Assembly (NCBI GenBank): GCA_964016885.1
Contig: OZ024748.1
Location: 27,094,001 to 27,158,000, forward strand
Source of the DNA: Eledone cirrhosa
Lineage: Eukaryota
Direction of reading: 5' to 3'
Length of the DNA: 64,000 nt
Position numbers and translations under genes: made by a program. The notes beneath the pieces were generated by a model. The model made no database searches, was not told the DNA's origin, and saw nothing but the letters and a program-made list of their open reading frames with translations. Of the stretch, positions 61,846 through 64,000 are shown piece by piece (the first letter of the stretch is position 1; the number at the start of each line of letters is the position of its first letter).

Positions 61846-64000
61846 ATGAACATAGGCACATTGAAAGGTCGCTCAAATGAGGTTGTAGAGATGCTTGAAC
61901 GTAAAGAAGTTGATGTTTGTTGTATTCAAGAGACTAGGTGGGGAGATGGGTCTGCCAGATTCATCGTGGGTAAAAAACGATACTATAAACTTTTCTGGGT
62001 GGGAAATGACAACGGACAGGGTGGTGTAGGAATTATGTTAGCTGAAAAATGGGTAGATAAGGTAATTGACGTAAATAGAGTGAATGACAGAATAATTGAA
62101 TTAAGACTAGTTCTAAATAGAACTACTGTGACATTAATATCTGCTTATGCACCCCAATCTGGTCTACCTGATGTTATAAAGGACAGGTTCTATGAGATGC
62201 TAATGCACACTACCTCCCAAATAACCGACAGTGACTACTTAATTATTGCTGGCGATCTAAACGGTCACGTTGGACAACATAGTGATGGCTATGATGGAAT
62301 CCATGGAGGCTATGGGGTTGGAAATAGAAATGAGGAGGGCTTCATAACCCTGGAATTCTGTGACGCAAATAGCCTAACTATCTGTAACACAAACTTCAAA
62401 AAACGTGAAAACCACTTGATCACCTATAGATCAGGGGAACACGCCAGCCAGATAGATTATATCCTTACTAGAAGACGGGACAAAATGTCTGTTGTAAAAA
62501 CTAAATCCCTCCCCCCGTGAAGAATGCACCCCCCAACATAGCCTAGTAGTTAATGACCCCATAGTCAGGAATAGACGTACTCGACGACAGAGGAGGCCTA
62601 CCTTGAGGAGAAGAACATGGAAGTTGAAGGACCTCATAGCCAGTGACAAATTTAAAAGCTTATTACTTGATGCCTTTGACAATAAGGAAGAGCAATTAGA
62701 GACGTGCAATATAGAGGAACAGTGGCAATTCTTGAAAGTGAACCTGCTGAAAGCAACGGATGAAATCTGTGGCTGGAGCAGACCTATTGGCAGGAGGAGA
62801 ATAACTTGGTGGTGGAACAGTAAGGTGGAAGAGACAATCAAGGCAAAAAAGCAGGCTTGGAAAGTATGGCAGGATGGGGGAAGTAGAGAGCACTATCAAG
62901 TGGCCAGGAGAGAAGCTAGGAGACAAGTGTTCCTTGCAAAGGTAGCAGAGAATAGAAAGTTCAAGCATGTTCTACGTGAGGTGTTCAGGATTGCTAGACA
63001 ATGTGTCAAGGAAAACCATGATATTGTCGGGGAGAAGTGTGTCCATAATGATAATGGTGTACTTGCCCTCACTGATACAGATAAGAAGATAGCCTGGAAG
63101 TGTCACTACGAGAGACTATTAAATGAGGAGAATAAATGGGAAAAAGATAGTCTGCCCCAAATCGATCCAATAGAAGGACCAGCGGTGCAAGTTAAAGGTA
63201 GTATAATAAGTAAGGCAATCAAAGATATGAAGACAGGCAAGGCAGCTGGGCGTTCGGAGATAGTTGCTGAGATGTTGAAGGCATCTGGTATGGTGGACAC
63301 ATTATGGTCACCCGTATAGTTAACCAAGTAATACAGAATGGGGTCATACCGAAAGAGTGGCGTAGCAGCATCATCATTAACTGCTTCAAGGGTAAAGGGG
63401 ATGCCCTAGATAGGGGAAACTATAGAGGCATTAAGTTAGTTGACCAGGTTATGAAGGTCACAGAAAGAGTTATAGCGCAACTAATCAGAGCAAATTGATC
63501 TAGATGAAATGCAGTTTGGGTTTGTGTCAGGTAAAAGTACCACAGACGCTCTTTTCCTTGTTCGACAACTACAAGAGAAGTACCTAGCTAAAAGTAAACC
63601 CCTCTACTTAGCTTTTGTAGACCTGGAGAAAGCTTTTGACAGAGTACCCCGCTCCATTATCTGGTGGGCTCTTAGAAAACTAGGTGTAGATGAATGACTT
63701 GTGAGAGCTATACAAGCTATGTATAATGAAACAGTCATGAATATTGTGAAGAATTTAGTGTAAAAATTGGCATTCATCAAGGCTCTGTCCTTAGCCCTCT
63801 CTTATTTATTATTGCCCTTCAGGCTATAACAGAGGAGTTCAAGACCGGCTGCCCATGGGAACTCCTATACGCAGATGATCTAATGCTCATAGCTGAATCA
63901 ATGGCTGAACTAGAGAAGAAATTCGAAACATGGAAGCATGGCCTAGAATCAAAAGGCCTTAAAGTTAACTTGTCTAAGACTAAAGTTCTAGTTTGTAGAA
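61846..64000 (+). mobile_element. RTE-clade LINE (APE plus RT), frameshifted, runs off the window end
   Basis: MNIGTL...CIQETRW...SAYAPQ...GDLNGHVG...SQIDY; NYRGIKL, QFGF..GKSTTDA, FVDLEKAFDRV, HQGSVLSPLLF, LLYADDL. Confidence 0.95.

Noticed and set aside
61732-64000. Intact active LINE or host endonuclease gene
   Set aside because: Frameshifts and stops at ~62518, 63300, 63496 and 63695; a typical decayed RTE copy.

Overview
AT-rich, microsatellite- and retroelement-dense animal genomic DNA. The repeat landscape (RTE LINEs, tRNA-derived SINEs, (GAT)n/(TA)n tracts) looks like a coleoid cephalopod such as Octopus; this is an inference. Two spliced genes lie head-to-head. FAIM is on the minus strand: 4 coding exons, 12074-17111, complete 181 aa. 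A CEP70-like gene is on the plus strand: 13 frame-consistent GT-AG exons, 23354-41979, 517 aa, start exon unresolved. From recalled knowledge, human FAIM and CEP70 are also divergent neighbours, and RFX X-box-like motifs lie between the two genes here. About 7 bp after the CEP70 stop codon an ~11.5-kb array of a 39-bp hairpin-containing unit (~295 copies) begins. It is stop-free for 10.6 kb on both strands, giving a Thr-rich and a Cys-rich (CPxxCxC) reading. The rest is degenerate LINEs (RTE, CR1/L2-like, R4/Dong-like, CRE-like, L1-like), a Penelope-like element, about seven minimal hammerhead-ribozyme motifs, a Helitron, mariner-type MITEs, SINEs and smaller minisatellites. Most short ORFs in the track are microsatellite or TE artefacts. 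All assignments are by eye, without database searches.
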